A stretch of DNA of 64,000 nucleotides from Heterodontus francisci. Lineage: Eukaryota. Below are positions 1 to 13,170 of the stretch, one piece after another. The first letter of the stretch is position 1. Each line of letters opens with the position of its first letter. The notes below the pieces were generated by a model. It searched no databases. It worked only from the letters and a program-made list of their open reading frames with translations, and was not told where the DNA came from. The translations under genes and the position numbers were made by a program. The stretch is from contig NC_090390.1 in the NCBI RefSeq assembly GCF_036365525.1, forward strand, positions 56,650,153 to 56,714,152, read 5' to 3'.

Positions 1-112
1 TCAGCAGCAGGGTATAGAAGTGGGGCAAGGAACCCATTAGAGAAAAGTCGATCTTGGAGCTGACAAAGACATGACTGAAGTGGGCACAAGAGAGAAAGAC
101 AGACAGACAGAC

Positions 113-421
113 TTGGGTTTATGTAGCACCTTTCATGGCCACCAGACATTCCAAAGCACTTTACAACCAAGCACGTTTGAAATTCAGTCACTGTCGTAAA
201 GTAGGAAACTTGGCAGCTGAATTGCACAGAGCAAACTCCCACAAACAGCAATATGATAATGGCCAGATAATCTGTTTTTGTGATGTTGATTGTGGGATAA
301 ATATTGGCCAGGACACCAGGGATATTTCCTCTGCTCCTCTTCAAAACAGTGCCACGGGATCTTTTGCATCCGCTTGAGGCGGCAGACTGGTCTTCAGTTT
401 AACGTTGCATCCAAAAGACAG
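113..421 (-). mobile_element. DeuSINE (SacSINE1/AmnSINE1-like) fragment
   Basis: Reverse strand matches the recalled Deu-domain/3' tail text (GATCCCGTGGCACTGTTTTGAAGAGGAGCAG...GTCCTGGCCAATATTTATCCC...TTGCTGTTTGTGGGAG...AAAGTGCTTTGG); a second copy is at 13827-14185. Confidence 0.8.
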
Positions 422-429
422 AATTGACG

Positions 430-850
430 TGGAAATTGGAGAGGATATAGGGTGTGGAGTTCAGCTTCGAATTAAAATGCACAGAGTTTGGACTCTCAAG
501 TGATGGAACACAACAGCAGGACGCAGAGTTTACAGAAGCAGACTCCATGCTTGCGGGGCTCAACAAGGACAGCAAGCGAATTAGAAATGCAGCAAGGACG
601 AAACCCTGGGGAGCATCCTTGTGGCTGCAGGAAGAGAAGCCATGGCAGGAATTGTGCTAGTTATGCTGGAAAGAGGAGGGAATAAGAAGAGCACAGATCC
701 ACAGAACTGCACCAGCAGGAACAAATAATGCACCTTTTTTTGCAGTTGAGGGACTATCGTAGGTGACTTTACCCTCGCTAGGACGGTTGTATTTGAGGAT
801 GGAAACCAGGCTGAAGGATTTAAACAGTGAATTGTAAGCAGATCACTAGG
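430..850 (-). mobile_element. Degraded L2-like LINE RT fragment
   Basis: Minus-strand remnants LQPGF (L2 LQSGFR) and KVTYD (KVTND); boundaries approximate. Confidence 0.5.
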
Positions 851-1214
851 ATGTAGATAAGAGTAGAAAGTAATTTGAGAGACATCTCATGCCCTAATGA
901 GCCTACTCTATTTTATTTTTAAGTAATAAAACCTTACGTGGCAGTGTTGTAATTAATTTCAAAACCTGACTGGACAAAGAACTGAATTAAACCATCCATT
1001 TAGCGACTCCTGATTAGTCATTAGTTCACCTCATGCCTTTAGAGGTTTGTTTACTATGGCTCAAATATCTCTGAAATTACTCTTTACATGAAGCATAAAA
1101 ACCACACAATATTTAAGAAAATTAATGGAAAGGTAGCCTGCTGCCCTGATCTCCACTCCAACTATTGCCACTCTTAATAAATTTCTTTCTCTGCCCAAGA
1201 CATTGGCTGACAAA

Positions 1215-3520
1215 CTTTTTTTTATTGGCTCATGGGATGTGGGAGTTTATGGGTGGGCCAGCATTTACTGTCCATCCCTAACTGCCCTCGAGGTGGTGGT
1301 GGCAGCAAGTTGCCTTCTTGAACTGCTGCAGTCTTTGGGTGTAGGTACACCAACAGTGCTGTTAGGAAGGGAGTTCCAACATTTTGACCCAACGACAGTG
1401 AAGGAATGGCTAAAAAGTTCCAAGTCAGGATGGCGTGTGGCTTGGAAAGGAACTTGCAGGTGGCAGTATTCCCGTGCATCTGCTGCCCTTGTCCTTCTAG
1501 GTCGTAGAGGTCGTGGGTTTGGAAGTTGCTGTTGAAGCCAGAGAGGTCAGGAGCTGAGTGGCCCTGGCAGAACCCAAACCGAGCATCAGTGAGCAGGTTA
1601 TTGCTGAGCAAGTGCCACTTGATTACACTATCGACGACTCCTTCCATTACTTTGCTGATGATTGAAAATAGACTGATAGGGCGGTAATTGGCCGTGTTAC
1701 ACATGTCCTGCTTTTTGTGTACAGAACGTGTCTGGACAATTTTCCACACTGCCAGGTAGATGCCAGTGTATAGCTGTACTGGAACAGCTTGGTAGGGCGC
1801 AGCTAGTTCTGGAACACAGGTCTTCAGTACATTGCCAGAATGTTGTCAGGGCCCATAGCCTATGCAGTATCCAGTGCCTTCAGCCATTTCTTGATAGCAC
1901 ATGGAGTGAATCGGATTGGCGGAAGACTGACATCTGTGATGCTGGGGACTTCAGGAGGAGGCCGAAATGGATCAACAACTTGGCACTTCTGGCTGAAGAT
2001 GGATGCAAATGCTTCAGCCTTGTCTTTTGCAATGACGTGCTAGACTCCACTATCATGAGGATGGGCATATTTGTGGAGCCTCCTCCTCCTCCTGTTAGTT
2101 GTTTAATTGTCCATTACCATTCACAGCTAGATATGGCAGGACTGCAAAGCTTAGATCTGATCCATTGGTTGTGGGATCGCTCAGCCCCATCTACTGTATG
2201 CTGCTTCTGCTGTTTGGCATATAAGTAGCCCTGTGTTGTAGCTTCACCAGGCTGAGGCCTTGTTTTGAGCTATGCCTGGTGCTGCTCCTGGCATGCCCTC
2301 CTGCATTCTTCAAAAACCAGGGCTGGTCCCCCAGCTTGATGGTAATGGTAAAGTGGGGGATATGCCAGGCCATGAGTTTCCAGATTATGGTTGAATACAA
2401 TTCTGCTGCTGCTGACGGCCCTCATGGATGCCCAGATTTGAGTTGCTAGATCTGTTTGAAATCTATCCCATTTAGCATGGTGGAGATTTACTAGGATGTT
2501 GCCTGGTATGGAGGGAAGGTCTTACGAGGAAAGGCTGAGGGACTTGAGGTTGTTTTCGTTAGAGAGAAGGAGGAGGAGAGGTGACTTAATAGAGACATAT
2601 AAGATAATCAGAGGGTTAGATAGGGTGGATAGTGAGAGTCTTTTTCCTCGGATGGTGATGGCAAACACGAGGTGACATAGCTTTAAGTTGAGGGGTGATA
2701 GATATAGGACAGATGTCAGAGGTAGTTTCTTTACTCAGAGAGTAGGGGCATGGAACGCCCTGCCTGCAACAGTAGTAGACTCGCCAACTTTAAGGGCATT
2801 TAAATGGTCATTGGATAGACATATGGATGAAAATGGAGTAGTGTAGGTCAGATGGTTTCACAGGTCGGCGCAACATCGAGGGCCGAAGGGCCTGTACTGC
2901 GCTGTAATGTTCTATAATATGAAGGGGCTTCGTCTCCACAAGGACTGTGCGGTGGTCACTCCTACCAGTACTGTCATGGACAGAGGCATCTGCGACGGGT
3001 AGATTGGTGAGGTCGAGGTCAAGTAGGTTTTTCCCTTTTGTTGGTTCCCTCATCACCTGCCACAGACCCAGTCTAGTAGTTATGTCCTTTAGGACTTGGC
3101 CAGTAGTGGTGCTACCGAGCCCTACATTGAAGTCCCCCAGAGTACATTCTGTGCCCTTGCTACCCTCAGTGGTTCTTCCAATTGGTGTTCAACATGGAGA
3201 AATACTGACTCATCAGCCGGGGGTGGGGGGTGCAGTGGTAACCAGCAGGAGGTTTCTGTGCCCATATTTAGCCTGATGCTATGAGACTTCATGGGGTCCA
3301 GAGTCAATGTTGAAGACGCCCAGGGCAACTTCCTCCCAACTATATACCACTGTGCCGCCACCTCTGGTGAATCTGTCCTGACAGGACATACCCAGTGATG
3401 CTGATGGTGGTGTCTGGGATATTGTCTGTCATGTATAACTCTGAGTATGACAGTCAAGCTGTTACTTGACTAGTCTGTGAGACAGCTCTCCCAATTTTGA
3501 CACAAGCCCCAATATGTTAG
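1215..3520 (-). mobile_element. CR1-group non-LTR retrotransposon, decayed (endonuclease + RT start + 3' end, internal deletion near 1540)
   Basis: ORF remnants NYRPISLFSIISKVME...FGFCQGHS (RT), EPTKGKNLLDL..TN and SDH (APE endonuclease). Same family recurs at 58145-59560 and 63970-64000. Confidence 0.85.
2483..2918 (+). mobile_element. CR1/HER1-type LINE 3' fragment nested inside the older LINE
   Basis: RFTRMLPGMEGRSYEERLRDL.LFSLE.RR.RGDLIETYKI RT C-terminus and 3' tail GGGCCGAAGGGCCTGTACTGCGCTGT. Confidence 0.9.
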
Positions 3521-4342
3521 TAAGTTTCCTGCCACTACTGCTACCAGCCCCACATACCACCAGGAATCAGCAGACCCTCGGGTACTGGCGTCAAGCAAGT
3601 CCCGGAGAATAATGAAGAAACACAGCCTAGTAATGGGCTCCTCTCCACTGAGGCCCAGCGCTAAGGATTTACTCAGCTCATAGTGAGAATTCCTAGAACT
3701 TTTTATAAAAATCCTTCTTGAGCTTAGCTTCTCCACAAACAGTTCCTCCTCCTCCTTTGGTGTTGCAGTAGGTGCCCCACTGCAGCAGCACCAACTTGCA
3801 GCACCAGAATCCAATTTGGGAGGCAGAAACAGCACCAAGAGCCTTTCCTGAATGTATAAAAAGCCAGGAACGTGGGTTCGGATCAGAGGAAGGTGAACTC
3901 CCAAGCTGACCCCCTTCTGCAGGCAAAAATACCCTGAGGAAATTCCCAGCCACAGTAACTTGGGGTTCTCAAAATATCTACACAAAGTGAAAATTATGCT
4001 TCTGTCCTGACTGATATGGTAGTAGCAGTGGAAAAAAATAATGGAACAATTTCTTTGCCAAAAAGAAGCTGGAATGCAAGTTTTGCAAAGGACTCCTCAT
4101 GAATCTAAGGACCACCTGTCAGAATGTCATATCAAATACTCTCAGTCCAAAATAAGTACTTACAGTTCAATAGGTCTGTAAGCCAACATTAATGCTAACA
4201 GTGCAATCTTTCAGACAAGAAGATCCACATTACACAAAGACCTTCAAAGGATGGATATTTTAACTTCTGTAGCTGAAGCTCCCAGCTGGGAACTAATGAA
4301 AGTCTACCTGGGCATAGTTTCTAAATAATTTCAAATTCCTTC

Positions 4343-4538
4343 CCCAGGAAGGCTGCACGTCAAGTATATTCAAGGCAGAGAAGGATAGATTTTTGGATAG
4401 TAAAGGGAAATCAGGGATATGGGGATCATGCTGGAAGGTAGAGTTGAGGTAGATCAGCCATGGTCATACTGAATGCAGGGGCAGCCTCGAAGGGCCAAAA
4501 GGCTTACTCCTGCCCTATTATTTTTCATTATGTTCTTA
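4343..4538 (+). mobile_element. CR1 LINE 3' tail
   Basis: TTCAAGGCAGAG..GATAGATTTTTGG...GATCAGCCATG...TACTCCTGC..TATGTTCTTA, typical of shark CR1 3' ends. Confidence 0.75.
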
Positions 4539-7500
4539 AATAGCCTGCTTAAACTGGACATTAAGAGACAGTCCCCTAACAAATAAAGGTAATGAAAGAC
4601 CAAAATAGCCACAATATTCCAATTTAAACCTGGGTGTTAAAAATCAACTTCAAAAGTAAATGTCAGAGGTACTCTACATTGTGAATGGCAGCTGAGAAAG
4701 AACAAACTGACTTTGTAACTAATATTTCACATTTTTTATGTCATAGTGCACAACACACTTTATCTAATCCACATCTACCTTGCGCCAAATCATAACTTTA
4801 GATAAATCACACCTGAAGTTCATATGGAATAGCTGGCCACCATCCCTCCCCCGCCCCCTCCATTTAAGACAGGACAGTGGAATCATGAGATGCAAACCAT
4901 CTGCCCCTATGTAATCTACCTCAGCTAAGTGTTTGGTCCAAGAGTATTACCTCACAATCCCAGATTGAGGCATTGATATAAATGCAGCAGATGAACATTT
5001 ACCCATCGACATATCAATTTACCAAGAACAGCAAGTGCTCTACAGCCACTACAAGTGAATATTGAACTTTTCTTTTACCCATCTGCCTTGACGTGAACAC
5101 ATCTATTATTACAGCCAAACGTAGAGGTTCTCCTCTTAAGAGTTTTTCATCTTATCTTGGTCACTTCTTGGCCTCTAAGAAAGCAGTACTCTGTGGAACT
5201 ATTGATTGAGCACATTTGGTCAAAGTGATTCTCACATTCCCTACAAGCATACGAACTGGATTGCATCATCTCCTTTATCTACCTTCAGTTCTTCCTCCCC
5301 CCAGTTATTTAATGTCAACTACCAAGAGAACATTGACCTTCATACATTATCAAAGCATGATGTGCGAACTGCAGTCATTCAGCCGTAACAATTTTGTCTT
5401 TAAAACACAGTCAACCACTTTCAACTTGCACTTAAGAATTTTTATTCATTTTTTCTTCTTTTTGAATTATAGGACCTGGAATTTGGAAAGGACCAGCCTT
5501 TATGACATTGTCTCATTGGTGGATAATCCTAAATTAGTTAGTACCAGCAACTTGTGATAAATGCAACTTAATAGGAACCAAGTAAACTTTTATCTGTGGC
5601 CACAGACAAAAATTTTGGACAAGTTGCAGAGACCAACAAATCCTGATTTGTTCAGATTTAAAATTTGTCCACCTATGAGGCAAAAACATGAAAAACAGCC
5701 CTTTCCAAACTTTAACACCCACAACAGAATATACTAGTAAGTAAAAAACACCACGTAAAGACAACTGAATAGTCCAAGAATCAATTGACATAACCCAAGG
5801 GTTACATTTAGCCCATAATATACATCCTGATCTAGGTGACCAGTGTGTTTCATATCTCTCCCCGCCCCCCCCACCCAAAAGCATTAACATAATTCATAAA
5901 ACAAATCAATATTTTGTGAAAAATTACCATTCAATTGACAAGCAAATTATTCTCAAAGCCATGCAAGAGAATGTAATACATTGCATACTACATCAAGGGC
6001 ACTAGCATGCGCACATTTAAATTAAGTTCTTTAGTAAGAACTAATACCTCAAAGACTCCAACACTTGTTTAACATGGACACACACACACAAAAAAAATCA
6101 ATCATTCAAAACCAATTTTTAAAAATGGTCGCAAGTCCCAGAAACAAGATTCGACATTCCAATGGAAGCCCAAACTGCACTGGCTATTGTATTCTCTGCA
6201 GCATTACTTTTATCACTATGTACAGGTTATTAGATTCACAAAACCGAAGAATGTTTAAAGTAAACTAGACACAAAAGCAGTGAAGTGCAATTTAAAAAAA
6301 AAAGACTCAAAACAAGGGTTCACCCACTGACACACATTATTGAAATGAAACAGTGCAGATAAACCCTTTTAAGTACCGAATGTCTTTTGGAATTTGCAAG
6401 TTAGTTAACTGCCAAAAATTATTTTTATTTTTTGGTATTATACAGCAAAATCATGTTGAAAGTGTTATTTGGAAAGCTGAGATATTGGTTAGAAGTGTTA
6501 ATGAGGATGATAAAGATGATGGCCCAGATTTTGCGGACAGTTAAAAAGCAAGGGCGCTCCCTGCTGACCTCAAAGAAAGCCTCGCTGAGACACCTTGTGA
6601 TCTCTGTGGTAAGAAATTCACCTCTCCTGACGTGCAACTGATTGCAGGATTCTTTAGTGGGGATTCCCACTGTTGAGCTACAGTGATGTCACCAAGCTGT
6701 CCAAGCATCAATTCACATTAAAGAGTTCGCAAACAGCCAACCAGGAAATGAAAAGTACTAATAATCAAATTATGTTTTGAAAATTTTATACAGAGCAAAA
6801 TAAAGCTTGAAGCATACACATGGGGTTACGGTAGAAGCTGAAACATCATGATCTTTAAATTTTTCTCTAATTACTAGATTTAAAAAAATAATTTAATCAC
6901 AATGATGACATTTAACAATATTCCACAAATATAAAGCTATTGGTTCAGTCAAATTGGTTATTAGTTACTCTAAGCTCTACTAAAAAACCCAGATACCACA
7001 TTCAGCAAAGCTCAACTTTTTATGGGGCTCATAACAGCAATGAGAGCGGACAAAGGGGAGTTCTTGCGCAAGAAGCCCTGGTCTTTGGTATAAAATACAT
7101 CGTTAAGTGACAGAAACCGAAACCAGCACTGGTAATCTACTATATGCACAGCATATCTACTAGTCTCAATGCCTATTAGCAAATTTAGTCAGGTATTTGC
7201 ACTTACGTCCTGAAATTCTGCAGGAGTTTTCTCATGAAATAGCAATCTCAGCTATCTCATTCCCCGAGTGCACAATTAAAAACTTCATAAATATCTGACC
7301 TTTAATTACCTCCCTTCACTTTAGCTGCTTTTCAGATTCCCCTTTCTATGATCTCAAACATGCTTACATTGAGGCCTACCATCCAGACATAATAAATTTA
7401 AAAGTCTTATCACATTTTTCTGCTTGACTGCGAACCGCAACTATGCTTAAAAGTTTTTTTTTAAATGATAAACTGAAAGAAACAGTTATTTGATAATACA

Positions 7501-8644
7501 GATGCACTTCAGTTTCACAAACTAGGTGAACTGGTTTTTGTAACACATACATCTTTTTTCATAAGCCATCATACATATACACATATAAATACACACGATC
7601 TGGAATGAATTCAAGACTACCACATGTAGTAGTTAAGTCAATGTTCATCCATACATTCTCATAGGGAAAGCCCACAACTAAAGGTCTTTGATATGTTCGC
7701 ACAGGCATAAATAGTTTTTAAATTCTTTTTTGCTGAATTCAAGCTTGCAATTTGGATCAACAGTTTAAACAATAATACATGTGCTTCTTTAGAAATACTG
7801 GTCGTCAGGTACTTTTTGCACTGCGAGTGTGATCTTCCCAACTCCTAAGCGCTCATAAATCAAACGATAGAGCTGATGGGTCATGCAGATTCTGCCAGTC
7901 TACTCTGTGCACACATTCATCAGAAGAAGTATTACTCACTCAGATAAAAAACCTGATGCCATAATGAACCACAGTGAACCAATAAACAGCTCCATCGACA
8001 ACGCCTGTCTGTTCCACTCCATTCTGTCACAGATTCATCACTAGCTCTTGGAAGCTAATATGCTATAAATCATACCCTCATTCACCACAACCTATTTTCT
8101 CTAAACTAAGATCTTACTAAAAATTAGGCTAAGAGTAATGGGGTGGCTTCATGGCCACTTAGTAGATAATGTAGTAGATAATACACTAGTAATAGGGTGC
8201 TTAAGGTGAGTATTTAACTACCCAGGATTTAGTTATATTACCATATAAGCATTATAACTACAAGATCTGAACCTCATCTATATACTACAAATTGGGAAAC
8301 CGAAGGCTAAAATTACTTGGTCAAAGTTAAAGACCACTGAAAATGCAGCTCTATGCTGCTAACATCTTTTGTTCCATAATGAAAATGGCATTCTATTTTT
8401 CACAATTAGACCCCGTTTAAAAATTTCTTACCCAGATTTCAAAATAATGTAGCAACATATCTACATTCTCAGGTGCTTAGCAGTACATGATCTACTTAAA
8501 AAGACAGAAATTCTGCTTTGGGCTTAAGTTGAGCTTTTTCCCCTCAAAGCAAAGACATACATTTTCCTCAACTCATTAAAATGAGAATATGTAAAGAAAA
8601 AAAAGATACATTAACATTTCAGGTACAAGCTCCTCCCTCGGTGC

Positions 8645-8750
8645 TAAGGGTCTTACACCAAAAACATTAACTTATCTTTTCTCTATACAGATTCTGACTG
8701 ACTTGCAATGTATTTCCAGTATTTTCTGTTTTATTTCAAATTCCTAGCAT
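8645..8750 (+). mobile_element. Degenerate Penelope terminal-repeat (pLTR) fragment
   Basis: Similar to the better-preserved copies at 40400-40519 and 52260-52370 (ACAGAT...TATTTCCAG.ATTTTCTGTTTTATTTCA). Confidence 0.6.
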
Positions 8751-8967
8751 TTTCCCCTCATTTACAAAATTATTCAGTCCAAGACAACAGGACTTTATCC
8801 TATTCTGAAATAAATTTAGGTAAATAACTCTAAAACGTTGGTCTTTAACCAGATTCATATGGGAGTACAATTTCGTGGTACTTCACTGATCTGTATTTGA
8901 TATAAGCACTTGATACTTCCCAATATAGCGAAACAACGTATGTGATTTCACTAGTCAACATCACTTT

Positions 8968-9630
8968 ACATAGGAAGAGTAGGCCATTCAGCCTCTCAAG
9001 TCTGTTCTGTCATTCATCATGGATGCTGTTTCGTAACTCCATCTGCCTCCCCTGCTTCCGTAATCCTCAATACCTTGCTGTAGAGCACGGCTACCCAACC
9101 TGAACCCGACGACATATGTCAGGTTGGGCATTTGGGCTCGGGTTGGGTCGGACACAGTGGCAGTGCTGCCTTTTGTTCAGGGAGGGAAAGGGAAGTAACA
9201 GTAAGAGTCATTAATTTCTGGTAGTCGGGTCGGGCGTGGGGGAAAAAAACCAAAGGTCTCGGGCCTGGTTCGGGTTGGTTGCGGTCGGGTCGGGCCCAAG
9301 TCGGGTTTAAATTGTATACCCGAGCAGGCCGTTACCTTGCTGTATAAAAATGCATCAATTTCAAGTTCTGAAATTTTCAATTGACCCAGCCTCAGCTTTC
9401 TGAGAGGGTGGGGCATGGGAAAGAACAACTTTGCAGGATTTCCTCTGTCCTTTCTGTGAAGAAGTGTTTTATGGCATCAACTTGAACTGTCGCGCTCTAA
9501 TTTTAAGGTTATCCTCCAGTGATAAGACTACCGACTGGAGAAGATAATTTCTCTCTGTCCAGCCTATCAATTCATTTGATCAACTTAAACTTCTCAATCA
9601 GATCACCCCTTCATTTTCCATATTTAAGGG
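8968..9630 (-). mobile_element. Old CR1 3' fragment interrupted by a hAT MITE
   Basis: GAGTAGGCCATTCAGCC tail; CR1-like text resumes after 9342. Confidence 0.65.
9081..9334. mobile_element. hAT-superfamily non-autonomous element (MITE)
   Basis: 8-bp TSD CCTTGCTG at 9073-9080 and 9335-9342; TA...TA ends with degenerate terminal inverted repeats; many subterminal CCCGA/TCGGG repeats. Confidence 0.8.
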
Positions 9631-9838
9631 AATACAATACAATTCAAGTGATCACAACATAGTAACTTATAATAATTAATTACCCAATCCTAGCTTACTC
9701 TTCAAAAGGTAGGTCTTGTTAGCTTACAGGTAATATGGTGAATAATGCTAATAGCTTTTACAGAAATATATAACAGTATATTCGTTAACACCAGTCACAG
9801 TTTTTGAGCATCAATTTTCACACCATATTAACGCATAC

Positions 9839-9990
9839 CCTTTCTGGCTGTGCAAATGTTCCAGCATTGCAAGGCGTTCTAGGATCCCATAGCTTGACCG
9901 TTTGATCCCAACTTCCCGTGACCATTACATTCACTTCTGGACAGTATTCAACACAACGAATTGAAGCATCGTGCGAACCCACAATAGATT
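9839..9990 (-). CDS. BUB3: BUB3 coding exon (exon 4, 152 bp)
   Basis: (E)SIVGSHDASIRCVEYCPEVNVMVTGSWDQTVKLWDPRTPCNAGTFAQPER; acceptor TTTTTAATAG, donor GTATGC; phase matches exon 3. Confidence 0.97.
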
Positions 9991-10791
9991 CTATTAAAAA
10001 AAAGATAAAGTCAACTGAATTGTGCTTTACATCAAGGAAAAGCTCACTGTTTGTCACTCATAGGGAGTGAAGTGTGGCTTCTTTATTGTAAGAAGTGTAA
10101 GTTTTAACATCTCAGTTGTAGTAATACTACCAGTGGGAAGGTTCTTAGGATACACCCTTCAAAAAGAAGGCAAGTCCAGGGTGCTGTGTCCATTTTTCTA
10201 TTTCATAGGCCACACAGATGCGGACCATGGAATGTCAAAGGCCAGAAAAAATTTAAACTTTTAAAGATTTTCATCCATCTCAAACTGCTAGATACCAACA
10301 TGTTCATATTCTCATTCGTGATTTATCTAGCGACTCAAATGAGCCAACAAGAACCCTCACCAAGACTCAAAGCTCACATCAAATAGAACAAAGCAGTGAG
10401 TAAGAATTACAAGGGTAAATACAATGAAATCACTTTGGCTTTGAGGTTGCTATGTGGCTCATGAGCTGAATTTGGAATTCAACCCCCCGCCCCCAGCTCC
10501 CCCACCCAAAGTCCAAATTCTTCTTGCTTAAAGTACTGCTCTGTTTTTAATTAAAATTACAGAATAATCTTATCTGAAATGCAATTACTGAATTTATTTA
10601 AAAACAATGAATTTTGTTGCCCCTAGGTCACTTCAGTGACATCAATAATGGCGGGTCTAGTGTAAACCAGGGGCAGGGGTTAGAAAGAGGTTCAAACCAA
10701 TCTTAGGGCCATCCTGGTTTACCCTCTCCAAAGCACAATCCTCAAACTAGTATGAAGTCACGACACTGCCTCACCCTTCCAAATGTTTGCA

Positions 10792-11114
10792 GGACGGCAC
10801 AGTGGCTAGCACCGCAGCCTCACAGCTCCAGCGACCCGGGTTCAATTCTGGGTACTGCCCGTGTGGAGTTTGCAAGTTCTCCCTGTGTCTGCGTGGGTTT
10901 CCTCCAGATGCCAAAGACTTGCAGGTTGATAGGTAAATTGGCCATTATAAATTGCCCCTAGTATAGGTAGGTGGTAGGGAAATATAGGGACAGGTGGGGA
11001 TGTGGTAGGAATATGGGATTAGTGTAGGATTAGTATAAATGGGTGGTTGATGGTCGGCACAGATGGTGGGCCGAAGGGCCTGTTTCAGTGCTGTATCTCT
11101 AAACTAAACTAAAC
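10792..11114 (+). mobile_element. HE1-type tRNA-derived V-SINE
   Basis: tRNA-like head (CAGTGGCTAGCACC...GGGTTCAATTC), V domain GTGGAGTTTGCAAGTTCTCCCTGTGTCTGCGTGGGTTTCCTCC, CR1-shared tail GGGCCGAAGGGCCTGTTTCAGTGCTGTATCT, (CTAAA)n end. Confidence 0.9.
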
Positions 11115-11489
11115 GCAACCTATCTTTGACATACCAGGGTTTTCCCCTTAATAAGGTATGAATATTATTTAATAGAAAAAATGGTTTACCCCTCAACTTT
11201 ACTTCTCATTCAGCGTAATCTGACTAACCCCATATTATCATTCCCCTGTAGTTTTCCAGTCAGCATAGAAGACACTTGGGAAACCTGCCCATTAGGTTAA
11301 GAAAACCTTTAATCCTAGGAACACACAAAAGAACCTTTAATGAGTGGAATATTTGTATACCACTATAATTTTCCTCAATCTTTCAATACAAAAATCTTCC
11401 ATTACAAGTTCACCAAGGATTCCTAGACAAAATGAGGTGCATTTCTGAAGTGCAGTATGAAGCAGAGGCTACTGATCAAATTCTAAAGC

Positions 11490-11810
11490 AAAGCCAAGAG
11501 GAAATGCCAGAGGTGCTTAAAATTACGAAGGGATTGGATAGAGTCGATCAAGACAGACTGTTTACAGTGGTTGAGGAGCTTAGAACAATGGATGCAAATG
11601 AGTAAAGGTACGCAATTAGGAACAAAGAGAAGAGTTATGTTGCACAACCAGAGTTAGTGATTGAAGCAGAGACAATGTCAACATTTAAGAATAGGTTAGA
11701 CAGGCGGTTGAAGGAAAAGGAAATAAAGGGATTCTGGAACAGAATGGGCACAAGAGATTAGGACTACTGCTCATATGCAGCATAAACATCAACACAAACT
11801 CTTTGGGGCA
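11490..11810 (+). mobile_element. Old CR1 3' fragment
   Basis: EVLKITKGLDRVDQDRLF-like RT C-terminus and ACATTTAAGAATAGGTTAGAC tail. Confidence 0.65.
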
Positions 11811-12086
11811 AACAGAAATTAGAAAATATCAGGCTAGTTTAAAAGGAACAACAGGAAATATATTTTACCTTCCCTAGTTTAATATGATTTGCAGTCAGAC
11901 TTGGTAGACTAGTGAAACAGTCAGAGGGCAGATGCCTGCTCAGAAACAGATCCAATTAAATAATTTTTTTTTAGAGCTAAAGATGCTTTCACAAACTTGG
12001 GAGCATAATTTAGTTTATATATAAAAATGTGTTCAAGATTATCATGCACCTCCTTGCATAGCATTTTTAATACAAGCATTTCTCAC

Positions 12087-12156
12087 CCTGGTCTGTGTTT
12101 AAATCACGCATTTTCAATGAAAGGTCCAATCCGCCACTCCATGAATGAGTTGGATC
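12087..12156 (-). CDS. BUB3: BUB3 coding exon (exon 3, 70 bp; absent from the ORF track)
   Basis: DPTHSWSGGLDLSLKMRDLNTDQ+G; acceptor AAATAG, donor GTGAG; matches vertebrate BUB3 DPTHAWSGGLDHQLKMHDLNTDQ. Confidence 0.95.
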
Positions 12157-12924
12157 CTATTTATTGTGCGGGGGAGGTGAAGAAGGCATTGTCGTTGGGA
12201 GAGGGGAAAGAGAAGTAAACAATGTTAGTACATAATTTATAAATTACTTTGATAAAAATAAATATTGATCCAATGTTTAAATGTTTACAATGAAGTAGCA
12301 ACATCTGTGCTTCATTTCTCTTTTAAATGTTCTCCTGTACTTTTAAAAGTATGCTTCAAGAGAAATAATCCTTTGTGACTCTACTAAAACAATACAATAG
12401 TACAGAATAGCCACAAATTCTGTAAAGGATTCAATGAAAATCTGCACTTTACTTTTCAAAATTAGAACTGTGTGTAGCTCATTCCTAACCCATGAACAAG
12501 AATCCAAAAAACATGATTAATATAATTAAAATACTATCCCAAGTGCTGCATTCAAAATAACTGGCCAGGAAATACAAATGGCTCCATAATTTCCTGAAAT
12601 CATGTATCAAATTCAATGGCAATTCACTATTTAGTTCACATAATACTAAAGACTGTATGACCTGCTACAAGGTCTATTTCAGGGTCACACTAAAAAGTCA
12701 GCTGGAGGTGCACAAGAGCAGCCCAGGGATGAATTTAATTCCCTATGGGGATAAACATGCTAAAATAGACTTTGCAGCGCACAAGCGGAGTTTTAATACA
12801 TAATGGGGTGAAGAAAAAATGTGCAAACCTGTGGTATCCCAGAACTTAGAGTTTAACCTACGAACAGTTTGCCCCTTAACTAACTTATTCCACTCTTAGG
12901 GCAGATGCAGAGAACAGAGCAGCG

Positions 12925-13170
12925 GCTGGCTTCAGAGTAAGGAGTTGGCCATTTAGGATTGAGATGAGGAGAAATTTCTTCACTTAAAGGGTGTGAATCT
13001 TTGGAATTCTCTACTCCAGTCATTGAGTATATTGAAAACAAATGGTCGATAGATTTTTGGATACTAAGCAAATTAAGGGATAGCGCGGGAAGGTGGAATT
13101 GAGGTAGAGGATCAGCCATGATCATATGGAATAGTGGAGTGGGCTTGAAGGGCTCCCATTTCTTGTGTTC
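12925..13170 (+). mobile_element. CR1 LINE 3' tail
   Basis: GAGATGAGGAGAAATTTCTTCACT...TGGAATTCTCTAC...GATCAGCCATGATC. Confidence 0.8.

Noticed and set aside
3470-3985. 171-aa minus-strand ORF
   Set aside because: No recognisable domain, non-ATG start and overlap with a LINE end; likely chance or an unidentified repeat.
5079-5174. Possible 96-nt stop-containing cassette exon in BUB3 intron 4
   Set aside because: The acceptor is plausible but the donor (GG|GTAAAA) is weak and there is no other support.
7940-8041. Minus-strand TGATGA...CTGA resembling a C/D snoRNA
   Set aside because: No convincing terminal stem or recognisable rRNA guide; such boxes are frequent by chance.
10792-10860. tRNA-like sequence
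   Set aside because: It is the head of the HE1-type SINE, not a complete cloverleaf gene.
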